From NCBI GenBank assembly GCA_963924565.1, contig OZ004608.1, positions 5,332,001 to 5,396,000 on the forward strand: 64,000 nucleotides of DNA, given 5' to 3'. Below, in pieces: positions 25,401 through 38,399 of this stretch. Below the pieces are notes generated by a model. That model saw nothing but the letters and a program-made list of their open reading frames with translations, had not been told where the DNA came from and did no database searches. The DNA comes from Ascidiella aspersa (lineage: Eukaryota). Positions within the stretch are counted from its first letter, which is position 1; the number at the start of each line of letters is the position of its first letter. Both the position numbers and the translations under genes were made by a program.

Positions 25401-27780
25401 TCCCATGAATAAAACTAGTAGATCGTCCCTTATTAGCGATTGCATTGTTCTGTGCACCACAAGACTGCCAAGTGCCATCGTTCAACCAAGCAAGTCGCCA
25501 ACAATAGACATCTTAAACATCTGCTGCTATGCAACTTTCCGCGAAGTTAGGTCGAACCTCGCTAATCCAAGTAATTAAGATTGAATTGAGTTCGAAGAAG
25601 TTTTGAGCGATAGCTAATTATAGTTTCAAAAATAGTTGTAGCCTAGTTTAAGTGACTGTCATTTGTTTAACAATTCTTTCGTCTGCAAATTTTGTAACCA
25701 CATAAGGCATATTTATAAATTTTATCTTAAAAACGCGTTAGTCCAATACATGCTTTAGAAATGCTTTAATTTAATTAATTTATTCAAGCCAATGGATTTA
25801 TTTAGATAAATACGCGTTTAAATGAAAATAATATATTCACGTTTTGCCTCGTTTAATTCACAGTTTTTGCAATTTACAGAACCTCTTTATCGCCACATAG
25901 CGGTTAGCAAATTATAAGACAATAAAGTTTTTCGCAACTTTCTGTCGTGTTTGAAGGTTCATGATTAAACTTATCTTTCGCGGAAAGTTAGCCTAAAAAT
26001 GCATTTTGTTGATCGAAAGACAAATAATATTAACGTGTCACTAACCGCCGGTTTAAACATCCCAGTGGGAATCACATAAAAGGTTATTTGTCCTTAGATC
26101 AAGCTCAACCTTTAATGGAGACATCTCTTAAATTAATCAACCCAGCCATGCGTACATCGAATTAACAGCGTCATAAAACATAAGCGTCATATTGTATGTG
26201 TAGATAAACAAAGCAACCGACTTGAAAAGGTTAAATCAATCGAGAAACAATTGATAAGATTTAGAACTGATCTATTGTCAACAATGCGATATCAAACGGA
26301 GATAACAAAGACTGGGAACAATTACCAAAACAATGATTCTAGATTACTACTGATTGTTATCAGTTTGTTGTTTTATGCTTGAGCATTTGAACCAAAGGAC
26401 GAAAATATTGAAGCCTTAACCGGATTAGTTGTACTATCAGTATCGGTTATTTGTTTGTTCTCCTACCTGATGTCTTAGAAAAGTTGTCATTTAAGACATG
26501 AATAGAAATAAATGATATGTTTAATCCTTAAATGTTACTTTAAAATATATTAGTCAAAATAGTCAATTCATAGATAGATTTATTGAAGTTACATAAACAT
26601 TATTGTTAAAATTCCACATTAATCTTTCCCCTTTTAGCCGGTGATTATCAATTTGGCCGGGATTCCCAATCCAAGTCTTACACGAATAATCGCCGACTGA
26701 AAATCAAGTGCAAGCTGATCATTATCAAAACAAAGATACAAGCGACCACAAAGCCTTGGTTAGATAAGTCGCGCTTGAAACGAACGCCAACAAAAGCAAA
26801 CATCGATCACATGAACAAAACTCGTAGATCGTCCCTTATTAGCGGTCGCATTGTTCTGTTCACCACAAGTCTGCCAAGTGCCAACGTTCAACCAAGCAAG
26901 TCACTAACAATAGACAACTTAAACATCTGCTGCTATGCAACTTTTCGCGAAGTTAGCTCGAACCTCGCTAATCCAAGTAATTAAGATTGAATTGAGTTCG
27001 CAGAACTTTCGAGCGATTGTTAATTACAGTTTCAAAAATAGTTGTAGCCTAATTTTAGTTAATGGCATTTGTATAACATTCAGATCTTCTGCAAATTTTT
27101 AAACCTCACATTTGTTAAAGTATTATCTATTTCTGCTAAATCGTGTTCGTCCAATGCTTTTAAAATCTTAAAAGCGTTTTAATTGAAGTAATTTCGTCAA
27201 GCCGTTTGGTTTTATATGAAAATAAAACATTCGAATTTTGTCCTTGTTTTATTTTACAGCGTAAAAGCGATGTAACGAACCTCTTTGTCGCCCCATAGCG
27301 GTTCGTGAATTATACGTCAATAAGGTTTAACGCAATTATTTATCGTATTTGAAAGTTAATGATTAAACTGTGCGTTTTGCGGAAAATCTATGTTAGAAAT
27401 GATTTTGCTAACCGAAAATCAAATAATATGACCGCCGATTAACACGGACCGCCGATTAAAACATCTCAGTGGCAACACATAAAGTTTTATTTGTCTTTAG
27501 ATAAAGCTCAAATTTTTATGAAGACATCTCTCAAATTAATCAGCCCATGCATGCGTGCATCGAATTAACAGCTCCATAAAACATAAGCGTTATATTCTAT
27601 GTGTATATTAACAAAACAATTGACATGAGAAGGTTAAATCAATCGAACAGCAATTGATAAGATTTAGAACTGATCTATTGTCAACAATACGATATCAAAC
27701 GGCGAAAACAAAGACTGGGAACAATTAACAAAATAACGACTCTAGATTACTACTGATTGTTATCAATTTATTTGTTTGAC
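22480..27780. repeat. Tandem array of four ~1.3-1.4-kb units with two conserved blocks per unit
   Basis: The core starting caagtcttacacgaataatcgccg occurs at 22541, 23946, 25266 and 26672 (periods 1405, 1320, 1406). The second conserved block (tagatcaagc...ttctagatt) is at about 23360, 24750, 26095 and 27497, with further core-less copies at about 28200 and 34616. Confidence 0.95.
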
Positions 27781-28778
27781 TACATAAAATTATAATCCTT
27801 ATGTTATTAACGCACATCATTTTAGTGCACAAACGTGATAGTCCAATGCATGTAAGTGTGTTTATATAATGAAAGGGTCTTAACTTAATTGATTTCTTCA
27901 ATCCTATTGGTTTTATTTAGATGAATAATAGTTAATAAATAAAAATAAAATATTTAAGTTCTGTCTTTGTTTGATTTCACATTGTTATTGATTTACTGGA
28001 AACTCTTTGTCGCCGCATAGCGGATCTTTGGCAGAAACTTTATATTGGAAAAGCATTTTCATGGATTAGCAGACGTCATGTATTAATAACACTCCACTGA
28101 TTGCCGATTAAGTCATCTCAGTTGGTGACACATGAAGGTTCATGATCAAACTGTGTCTTTAACGAAAATATTTTTAAAAGAATTGTATTTTGTTAAAAGT
28201 GTCATGTTGTGTCGGTATAATAACAAAACCACTGACTTCAAAATGTAAAATGAATTGAGGAACAGTAGCAATAATTGTACAACTGACCTATTGTTAGCAA
28301 TACGATATCAAGCTTTGGTTTAACGAAAGAGAACAATTAACCAAACAATGGTTCTAGATTATTACTGATTGTTCTTACTTCGTACGTTTAGGTCTGTATC
28401 ATTGATGTTTAATTTCAAATTCTATTTGAAAGCCAAGTTCTAAAATCTAAAAAGGCGTCAACGGTAGAAAAAATACCTCAATCCTTGAGACTTTCGTTTA
28501 ATTTTTAAAACAGTGCCTGTAAAACAAGATGTTGAAAATCAATACAGAGATATTCGAAGCGTTAAAATTCTACCTTCTGTATGGGCTTTGATATTCTTAG
28601 TACGTCTTAATATAACCTCCAACCATTATGCTGCAAAGTGCGTAAAAAGAGTGGGTAAATTATTTAAACTGTAGCATACTGCTGTCTACAAACCAATCAA
28701 GCAGCTATATGGTTATCTGTTGGTTTTCTAAGTTCGCTTTACTAATTATATTTTTAAAATTAAACGATAAGCCATTCA

Positions 28779-29160
28779 TTAAATCGACCACCCATATGAT
28801 ACAAGTGATGCTATTGTAACAGACAGAGTCATATTCTTGTTAAAGGTAGCATCGGCACCGTATGCTTACCGTATGCTTAGATATCCGACATTTTAGGTCC
28901 ATTGCAGAGTTCTGTATTGCAGCATTTCGCTTTGCACGATCTGAAAAAAATATAGGCAGTGAACCAAGTCTATGTGTTTAAAGCTTGATGGGTCAGGTAA
29001 TTCATAACAAATAAGCCAATTTTTATCTGATAAATTGTGCTAATTGTTCGTACATCTGTAATTTGTTTTTTAATTACGTTATATTGACGATTGTTGATGT
29101 GTAATTTAGGTAGGAGCATGCGTCGTCCAATGTGCTGCATGTGCATTCCACACATTTAAG
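28779..29160 (-). pseudogene. Inverted, decayed Ly6/three-finger paralog (last two exons), copy A
   Basis: Exon-like VECTCSTLDDACSYLNYTSTIVNI ending at donor 29077, then acceptor tttttttcag and SCKAKCCNTELCNGPKMSDI* (premature stop 28877-28879 next to an 11-bp duplication). The downstream ADATFNKNMTLC still aligns with the intact genes. No signal-peptide exon was found. Confidence 0.8.
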
Positions 29161-31049
29161 GCAAAATACGCGAATTAGTTCAAACCAGGAAAATTTCGAA
29201 AATTATAACAAAACAGTGTGTATTTTGAAATATACTTATGATGTTAGTATTCTGCAGCAGGAAGAGTCGCCGAAGAGAATAAAATGAGGTGCTTTTTATG
29301 CTTTATATTTGTTTGTGTACAGAGGTTTTGTTTTTAATATTTGCCTGTGTAAAAATATTAGGAGATGAAAAAACATTACTTTTTATACAACTTCGACCTT
29401 TTGGTAGGAACAACATTTCCTTGAACAGTTAACAACGAAGAAAATATAATTTTAACATGGTAATCTCGAATAGACGACAAAAGCGAAAACTTTGCGAATG
29501 GTTTTTCCAAGAAAAGAAGTCAACAATTAACACGATTCTTGCTCCTGTGGATTTAGGCAATCATACAGCAAATTATTTCTCGTTGACTTTACGCCCAATT
29601 GTTAGCTGAGTCAATTATATGTCAAGTGTTTTCAATGCGTTAGCTGCCAATTGATTGACGTGTTGGTTCGTCATTCGTTTTTGTCAATCAACGTGGAAAG
29701 ACGTCGAATTGGCTAATCCTGCATTGGTGTATAGGATTTAACTACATGATTTTTTTTACAGATTATAGCAGGGAGTCGAATGTAACCTGAACCGAAACTT
29801 TATGAACCGTTATGTACAATTTTTACTTGTACCAATTTGGTTACAATATTTCCCAAACCGTTACTGAACTTAAACGTTTTTTTGTAAGATTGTAAATAGT
29901 CGAAACAGAACTGAACCGAATCTTTTGTATTAACTTAAAACTTACCTCAAATCAACCTGTCAAAAGAACCGTATAACCCATTATTACGCCACAACTTTTA
30001 TTTTACAGAGTAAAAAAGAAAAAAAAAATTTAACAAACAAAACAAAATGATGCTTTTTTATTTTTTACATATTTTAATACTGCTTTTTTAATTTGTCACG
30101 AAAATCAGATTAAATGCGCACTAGAATTCCATAATTATTCTCTACATTATTGAATCACATTTTTAGGTTTAAATCACTCATGCAGTATCCGAACAGCAAC
30201 TTTAAAAGTCGGTTTAAAAATAATTAATCGAAAAGGAGCTGAACAGTAAGGTTGGTTTTGCTCTGAACCGAATTTCGAAGTAAAATCATTGAACAACCTG
30301 AACCGGAAAACTTAAACAATTTGACTCTGTTATTAAAAAAGTGAAGAATAGTTGCCGTTTTAAAATTAAAACCTTAGAAAACACTGCTTTAAATGAAAAA
30401 ATATCTTATCAAATCTAACTGACTTTCAATTTGGGTTGTCACAACACTGCTATAAACATTGGTTGAACGGCATTCCATTGTTTGTACAACCCTGAAAAGT
30501 AACAAAAAGGGCATTAAATATTAGGTGGTTACACGTGCCTTGCACTCAAATATTTGACCAGTAATAAATCGAGGGGATTCACAAGTGTCTGGTTCATGAT
30601 CATTGGGGGTAACTACACCGTCCTGGATGAATATGAACACTCTCCAACGTTTTGCAATATCTAACGTTCAAAATAGGCTAAATTACCCATTGCCTTTGAC
30701 AAGCTTGTCTTAAGTTAAAACATGACTTTTAACGAAATTTCTGTTTTGAAAATGTTCAAGTCAAAAACATAGGGTTCACCCTTAACAAGGCCATCGAATA
30801 AGTTGCTGACACGTTGATAACATAATTAGAAGTAGAGCTAACTTGTGACTAAGCTATGCTTGGTAACAACAGTTTATATACAATATAAATGCTTCGAAAA
30901 CTGTTTTTTATTAAAGTTTGTTGCCCCAACTTTTAACGAGTTTTATCGGAAAGTTTTTTAACCCATTTGTTATGAAACAATCTTTTGACAAACACGACTT
31001 CTCAACTACAATGCACAACAAATTCTTCTGTATTTTCTAATTCTTCTGT

Positions 31050-31270
31050 ACGTTGTAAATCGTTAGCGGGTTAAACATTTATTCTTGGTGCTTGCAGCGC
31101 CCCAACAGCCTATTGGGCTTGGCCAATTAAGAAATCAGAACACGCAAATATTTGCAAGATGGGTTTTCCCGTAAATAACGGGGTCCACTATATAAGGCAA
31201 CTCACCACAACGTGCAACTAAATCAAGGATTTGTAGCAAATGCGCCTCGGTATATTGTCAGGTCAACAAC
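31050..31270 (+). promoter_or_regulatory. Promoter of Ly6 gene A: CCAAT, Fox-like palindrome, overlapping kappaB/STAT-like site, TATA
   Basis: ATTGG 31112, CCAAT 31123, GCAAATATTTGC 31144, GGGTTTTCCCGTAAAT 31161-31176, TATATAAG 31189. The block is more conserved between units A and B than its flanks. Confidence 0.65.
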
Positions 31271-31966
31271 AGGTGATTTAACAAAGTGTAGAGTTAAGCT
31301 TATCCCATCTCCTTCGGGAAGCTCAATTTGAGAAAACAGACAGTTTCCGGTAGTTCAGTGCGGGATTGGAAAACTATAAAAAGAACTGAAAAAAAACGCA
31401 CCGAATTTGGCGTTAGGTACTTTCTTTTAAAATATTATAAAACATATTTTCCAAATATGTTAAAGAACATCAAAACGTAATGATATAGTACCAGATTTTG
31501 CTAAAAGTTGCAATAAGACACTGCTGTTAAAAGCATGTAAAAATGCAATCCTTACAGCATGGGGCTCCTTCCAAAATTAGTTTCAACATTCGTTCGAATT
31601 ATATTCTTTGTAACTGAAATTAAACTAAAGTCTCATTCTTAACCAAGGTAAACAAAAGTTTAACGTCCCTGGTGTATAGATCTAGGGGACCTTAAACTAT
31701 TCGTAGCCTATAGTAGTTACCAGCAAAGAATTAGTTGACAGTGAAATATGATGCTACCTTTGGCCGCTTGCTTATAATAAAACAATAACCAGCCTTTGAG
31801 TAGTTTGCTATTTTAATAAAAGTTTGAATGCGAATAAATACGCCCTTTTGTTTGACAATAAGTTGCATGTCTTAGTTTGCATTTTGTTTGATATAACTGA
31901 AGTCCGTAATTTTTTTTCAGGAGTAACGAGATTAAAGCGTTTAAGAAACACCACACACTTGTCGAT

Positions 31967-34094
31967 ATGTTGTATAAAGTTTTTATCAGTTTTTTATTGC
32001 TTGGCTTCACAGCTGGACTTGAATGCTATGTGGGAGGTCTCGACAATCACAATGAATTTGAACCTCAAGAAACTATGACTTTACCCAACTATTACGCTTG
32101 TATTCGGTACGATATGGTCTTAGGCCCACAAGGTAACCTATAATTTAGTAATACCCAAGTAACAATATCTAAATAGAGCAATACAATAGTATTGAGACCA
32201 ACGACATTGAAAACCATAAACCCCGCTGTTTTGTCACTGGGACATTGAACTTCGTTTGGCGTTAGGTGTGTAATAGGTGTGGTTAGAATTTGTTTTATGG
32301 TTAAAATAAAAAACCTAATGATGAAGTTAGTGGATTGGATTTTGGATTCGTTAAATCCTTCTTTACCATTTAGAACTGTGTTTTATTCTAACATTGTTTT
32401 CATTTCGACTGTGTTTCATTCTGACGTTCATGTTATTCTAATTTTGGTCTTATAGCCGGAGTTACTTTTATACCCAATTTTATTTGTTTGTTGATTAGTC
32501 GTATTTGAGTAGCAAGGCGATTTGAAACAACAATAAGTTTTCTTCTGTAACAGCTAGACAAATATAAAAAAAAATATGTTGTTTTAAGCCCTGTTTTTAA
32601 ACAATTAAAATGTTTGCCTTTAGTAAATATATTTTTTATTAGGTGGTTCATCTGCAACAACAGAGTTTTCTGGACTGCGTTTTACATTGGGATGTACGTG
32701 CGACAAACTGGACGACGCATGTTCCTATCTGGCCAAAGAAAATTTGCCAGCTGGCTCTTCCGACATAATGTAAATACTTATAAGTATTATTTCGTGAACC
32801 TTTTCCAACAAAATATAAAATTGTTTTAAGTTTTTGTAAAGTGGATAAAAATCAAGGTCAAAGAAACTGTGATTAAACATGATCTTTACATTAAGGGTTT
32901 CTAAGAAATTGGTGTCCTTTAGAAAGTCTGTTCAAAATTAACTTTACCACGCAGGATTTTATTTGTCAGCCTGGAAAGAACACTTCTTCGCGTATACAAA
33001 CCAGAAAGATTTTTTTTTGACAGCAATCGAACCGATTTTTATTGATATCCTATGGACTTTCCAAAGAAGTCAGCGTCAAACCGTATATATGTGCTACAGA
33101 TTTTGAATAACACTGCTTTAGATGACTCACGCAGGAAAGTTACGACTTAATCATCCAATGGTTACATAAAAGGCTGGGTGCGATGTGCAAAAAAAAAAAA
33201 ATAAAAAAATAACAGTAGTGCGAGAAATAAAAAAGTTAAGCTTAATTTTTTCAACTTTTATTTGAAATAAATTGACCCCCTATTTTTTCAACCTTATAAA
33301 ACACTGAGAAACGTCATTTAATGAAAAAAAAATGTTTATACAGTAACCGGTAGTTGAGAATGATAAAAAGATATAAATACAACATACAATAAACACGATA
33401 GTACATTAATTAGTTATCACATATTCAGTTAATGTGTTGGTTGAGCCTGTTTTTGCTTTGACAATTCCTAATTGCTGGTTTAAGATAACTTTAATCGTAT
33501 TTATTTCTTTTTTAGCAAAAAATCATTTTTTTTTTTAATTTTTTTATGGCCCTCTAGGGGGCCATGACCCACAGGTTGGGAACCCCTCTTTTATTGTGTG
33601 CCTAACATTTTTTGTTAGACTTTAGGTAAACCTAGGATTTTTGTTGAGGGGAATAACATTTTTATATATGACGTCACAAATTACTATAGCGAAAAAGTTT
33701 TGCATTAGGGTTGTTTAAGTTAGCAAAAAATATAGTTTGAGAAAGCGTGGGATTGCACAGCTTTGATTTGATCTAGTTAAAAATCAGTTTACGACCATCA
33801 TATGAATTCCCAACGAACCAACTAAACAATGTCCATAATCTTGCTTTAACAAAGTTACGTTGCATTGGATTTCACAGCGCATTGTACCTCTTGCTCAGTT
33901 TTTCTTTTCTAACACGATTGTTTAACCTTTTACGCAGATCTTGCAAGGCTAAATGCTGCAACACCGATCGTTGTAACGGAGCGAAGCTGTCAGACATCAA
34001 ACATTACAACAGGGCGGACGTTATGTTTACCAACAAAACAATCATCTGTGTCGCACTGGCGGCCTTAGCGTCTTTCCTCGTTGGCCAATATTAA
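31967..34094 (+). CDS. Ly6/uPAR (three-finger) protein A, secreted and probably GPI-anchored, 149 aa
   Basis: Exons 31967-32132, 32643-32769, 33938-34094, phase-consistent. Signal peptide MLYKVFISFLLLGFTAG, then LECY...ACIRY...LGCTC...DAC...SCKAKCCNTDRCN, and a hydrophobic C-terminus IICVALAALASFLVGQY*. Confidence 0.88.
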
Positions 34095-34868
34095 TTTAAA
34101 AACGCTCATGTCGCCTTGGGACGTTTTATTTGCCCTGTGAAATAAACAGCCAGCTTAATCACGAAAGGGCCATGCACACCAAGCTACCTTAATGTTAAAC
34201 CTTGGCATTGCAAAACCAAGTTTAAAAATGACTTTTTTGCATCGGTAATAATTGGTATTTGAAATAAATCGTCTGAAAAAAATAAACCCAATACACCATT
34301 GTGCTCTGAAATTAGCGTCGCAATAATAATAATTTTGTTGTGTAATTTGTGTTCATTTGTTTTGTCTTTGTTTGATTTAACAGTGTGAGCGATTTCTTCA
34401 GCCTCTTTATCGCCGCATAGCGGTTAGAATTATTATCGGTCAGTAAAGTTTTACGCAACTCTCTGTCGTCTTTAAAAGTTCATGATCAAACTGAATCTTT
34501 TGCGAAAAATGTATGTAAATAATTGTATTTAGTTAAACAGAAATCAAATAATATTAACAGCCCACTGACACCCGATTAAAACATGTCAGTGGCAATACAT
34601 AACACGGTATTTGTCTTTAGACAAAGCTCAACTGTTAAATGAAGGAATCTCTTAAATCAATCAGTCAAGTCACGCGTGCATCGAATTAACAGCGCCATAA
34701 AACATAAGCGTTATATTGTGTCGGTATAATAACAAAACCACTGACTTCAAAAGGTTAAATGAATTGAAGAACAGTAGCAAAAAATGTACAACTGACCTAT
34801 TGTTAGAAATACGATATTAAGCTTTGGTTTAACGAAAGAGAACAATTAACCAAACAATGGTTCTAGAT

Positions 34869-35172
34869 CAGGGTGGTCCAAAAACTTATTTTGATCGCGG
34901 CCAAAAACAAGGTTTATTTTATCTTGCGGGCCAATGTTTTTAAATTGCGATTCTTAGGCTTATTGCTGGCAAATTATACATAGTCTATGACATATATACT
35001 AACTTTATGGAATGTATACCTTGGTTCAGTTACGGTAGTTATGAAATAATTTTAACAACAAACAATTAAAAAAACAAAAATTGAAGTGATATTGCCAGAT
35101 TGAAGCTAAGCTGACTATCAGTTCGCGGGCAAAAAAGCTGAACTCGCGAGGGCCTGCAGCTGGACCATGCCG
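34869..35172. mobile_element. hAT-type MITE, present in unit B only
   Basis: Imperfect TIRs cagggtggtcca / tggaccatgccg and an 8-bp TSD ttctagat / ttctaaat. The empty site ggttctagattattactg is visible in unit A at about 28350. Confidence 0.8.
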
Positions 35173-35589
35173 TTCTAAATTATTACTGATTGTTCTCGCT
35201 TCGAACGTTTAGGTCCGTATCATTGATGTTTAATGTCAAATTCTATTTGAAAGCCAAGTTCTAAAATCTAAAAATGAGTCAAGGGTAGAGATTTTCGTTT
35301 AATTTTTAAAACAGTGCCTGTAAAACAAAATGTTGAAAATCAATACAGAGATATTCGAAGCGTTAAAATTCTACCTTCTGTATGGGCTTTGATATTCTTA
35401 GTACGTCTTAATATAACCTCCAACCATTATGTTGCAAAATGCGTAAAAAGAGTGGGTAAATTAATTAAACAGCAGCATACTGCTGTCTATGTCGTGACAA
35501 ACCAATCAAGTAGATTATGCAGCTATATGGTTATCTGTTGATTTTCTAAGTTCGCTTTACTGATTGTATTTTTAAAATTAAACGATAAG

Positions 35590-35890
35590 TCGGCCCTGCC
35601 GTATGCTTTGATATCCGACATTTTAGCTCCATTGCAGAGTTCTGTATTGCAGCATTTCGCTTTGCACGATCTGAAAAAAATATGGGCAGTGAACCAAGTC
35701 TATGTGTTTTAAAGCTTAATAGGTCAGTTATTTCATAACAAATAAGCCAATTTTTATCTGATAAATTGTGCTAATTATTCGTATATCTGTAATTTGTTTT
35801 TTAATTACGTTATATTGACGATTGTTGATGTGTAATTTAGGTAGGAGCATGCGTCGTCCAATGTGTTGCATGTGCATTCCACACATTTAA
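35590..35890 (-). pseudogene. Inverted, decayed Ly6/three-finger paralog, copy B
   Basis: ECTCNTLDDACSYL exon remnant, then acceptor at 35671-35672 and SCKAKCCNTELCNGAKMSDIKAYGRAD. The GPI-signal segment is deleted relative to copy A. Confidence 0.78.
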
Positions 35891-38399
35891 GGCAAAATAC
35901 GCGAATTAGTTCAAACCAGGAAAATTTTGAAAATTATAACAAAACAGTGTGTATTTTGAAATATACTCATGATGTTTTTTATGCTTTTATATTTGTTTAT
36001 GAACAGAGGTTTTGTTTTTAATATTGTACAAATATTAGGAGATGAAAAAACATTCCTTTTTAAACAGCCTCAACCATGGTAGGAACAACTTTTCCTTAAA
36101 CAGTTAACAACGATGAAAAGATAATTTTAACATGGTAATCTCGAATAGACGACAAAAAACGAAAACTTTGCGAATGGTTTAAGTCAACCATTAACACGAT
36201 TCTTGCTCCTGTGGATTTAGGCAATCATAGAGCAAAGAATTTCTCGTTGACTTTACGCCCAATTGTTGGCTGAGACAATTATCTTTCAAGTGTTTTTAAG
36301 GCGTTATTTACCAATTTAGGGACGTGTTAAGACCTTATTGATTTGCCACGCTAGCGTCAATCAACGTGACATGACTTCTAATTGGTTGATCCCGCATTTG
36401 TGTAAGTTTTAAATACATAACATTATATACATATTTTAGCAGGAAGTCGAACCGACACATTATAAACTGTTTGTACCAATTTTTTCGATGTACCAATCTT
36501 GTTACAAATTTTTTTCCGTACTTTAACCGAAACTGAACCGTTTTTGTAATATTTTAAGAGTCGAAACGGAACTAAACCGAATGTTTCGTAATAACCCAAA
36601 CCTTCTCCCAACCCTAGACCTTCAAAAGAACCTTTTCACACCGTCATGACGTTAAATAAAAGTAATAAGTTATGAAATAAAACGTTGCTTTTTTATTTTT
36701 CAGATATTTTAATACTGTTTTTTTTATTTCGTCAGGAAACTTAGAATAAATGCTGCGTTAAAATTTACTAATTATTCTCTATATTAATTAGTGACCTTAA
36801 GGTTTAACGCAAGTCATATTGTATTCGAACCTTAATTTAACAAACTGGGTTTAAAAATAAATTATCAAACAAAAAAAATGAAAAGTAATTTATCAAACAG
36901 GTGATAAACAGAACTAAGTTGCTCTGAGCCGGATTTCAAATCAAATCCTTGAACTTAAATCGAACATTAATCGGAAAAGTCAAACGATTCGACTTCTTGG
37001 ATTCTATTATGCAAAAGAATAAAACATATGCCGATAAAAATCTGAGTTTTTCATCTATTTGAATTATGTGAAAAATTTAAACAAGCCTCCCGGCACTATA
37101 CGTGGTGTTCCTCAAAATTTTGTGTACCTTTCATGGTTTCGGAATATATGATACAAAAAAAGGACTTGGCGTTTTGATTTAAAAATTTTGAAATTACTGT
37201 TTTCAATATAATAGCGAAAATGCCTGAAAAAATATCTTATCGAATCTAACTGATTTTTTTAATTTGGTCATTACAACACTGCTATAAACATTGGTTGAAC
37301 GGCATGCACTTGTATGCGCAACCTTGAATAGCAACAAAACAGGCATTAAATGTTAATAGGTTACGCGTGCCTTGCACCAAATATTTGATTAGAAATAAAT
37401 AAACGGGAATCACAAGTGGCTGCTTCATGATTGATTATGGCTAAATGCAAGGTCCTGGGTAATAATGAGCACTCTTTATTTTTTAAGTACAAGCTTTGCA
37501 ATAATTCAATGGGGTCGCTGGCTTGGCAGTAAAATGTTATACATGTTTCAAATATAACGCTTATTTTGTTTAAATGTATATTTTGTTTTGTATATTTTGT
37601 TTGTCATGTATTTACTACGAATTATTTTTAAATGTATCTTGTTTCGCCTTTTTTCTTTTAAAATTGCTTAAACCGAATTAGATAACAGCCAGGGGCAGCT
37701 GACTAAATGACTTACAAGTCTTTCGCGGCCCTGGGATCCACGGACGCTTCTTTTATTTCTATTTTTTGCATGTGTATACCATTGTTCCGAAATAAATTTA
37801 AATCTATCTATCTATCAAGTTTAACACTAGAAATTACCATTGCGGTCATTTTGATCGTTTTTGATTTTCAATCGTTTATATCTCTGCTTAGGGAACTGTT
37901 CAGTATTGAAATTTCCTGACTTTTTCTAAGTCTAGTTTCCCATTTGGTATGTAAATTTTTTGTTTATTAGGATAACCACAGTATGAGTTAGGAATTGATT
38001 TACCTTAAATAACCGCCAAATGGTCATTTTGATTGTAAAGCAAATTCTAATTTCTCCAAGAGGCTAAATGGCAAAAGTCAGCAAAGTGCAATGTTGAGAG
38101 AAGGATGGTTTGGTTGAGAGAAGGATGGTTTGGTTCAATAAGTCAAAAAAAGGGTTAACCCTGAAGAACGTAACCTAAATGTGTCGCCGAAAAATTGGTT
38201 AACAACTAAAATTGAAAGTAGAGCTAATTTGTGACTAATATTATGCCTAGTAGCAACATTTGATTTAAATTTTTGAAAATTTAATTTCATTAGAGTTTAT
38301 TTGACCTACTTTCAGATTAGGTTTATCGGGAATTTTTAACCTATTTGTTATGAAACAATCTTTGACAAATACGACTTCTCAACTACAAAGCAGAAACAA

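Noticed and set aside
23848-26984. Repeated ORF MKRTPTKANID... (23848-24258, 25369-25578, 26775-26984) as a tandem protein family
   Set aside because: TTG starts in two copies, a stop codon in copy 1 and upstream stops in copy 3, mostly non-synonymous differences, and no domain. It is a by-product of the DNA repeat.
22541-27780. CRISPR array or other prokaryotic system
   Set aside because: The units are kb-scale with homologous spacers, and the window is clearly spliceosomal-intron eukaryotic DNA.
28418-28440. ATTCTATTTGAA (also at about 35240) resembling the Ciona spliced leader ATTCTATTTGAATAAG
   Set aside because: It diverges after 12 nt and is not followed by AG|GT or an Sm site, so it is not an SL RNA gene.
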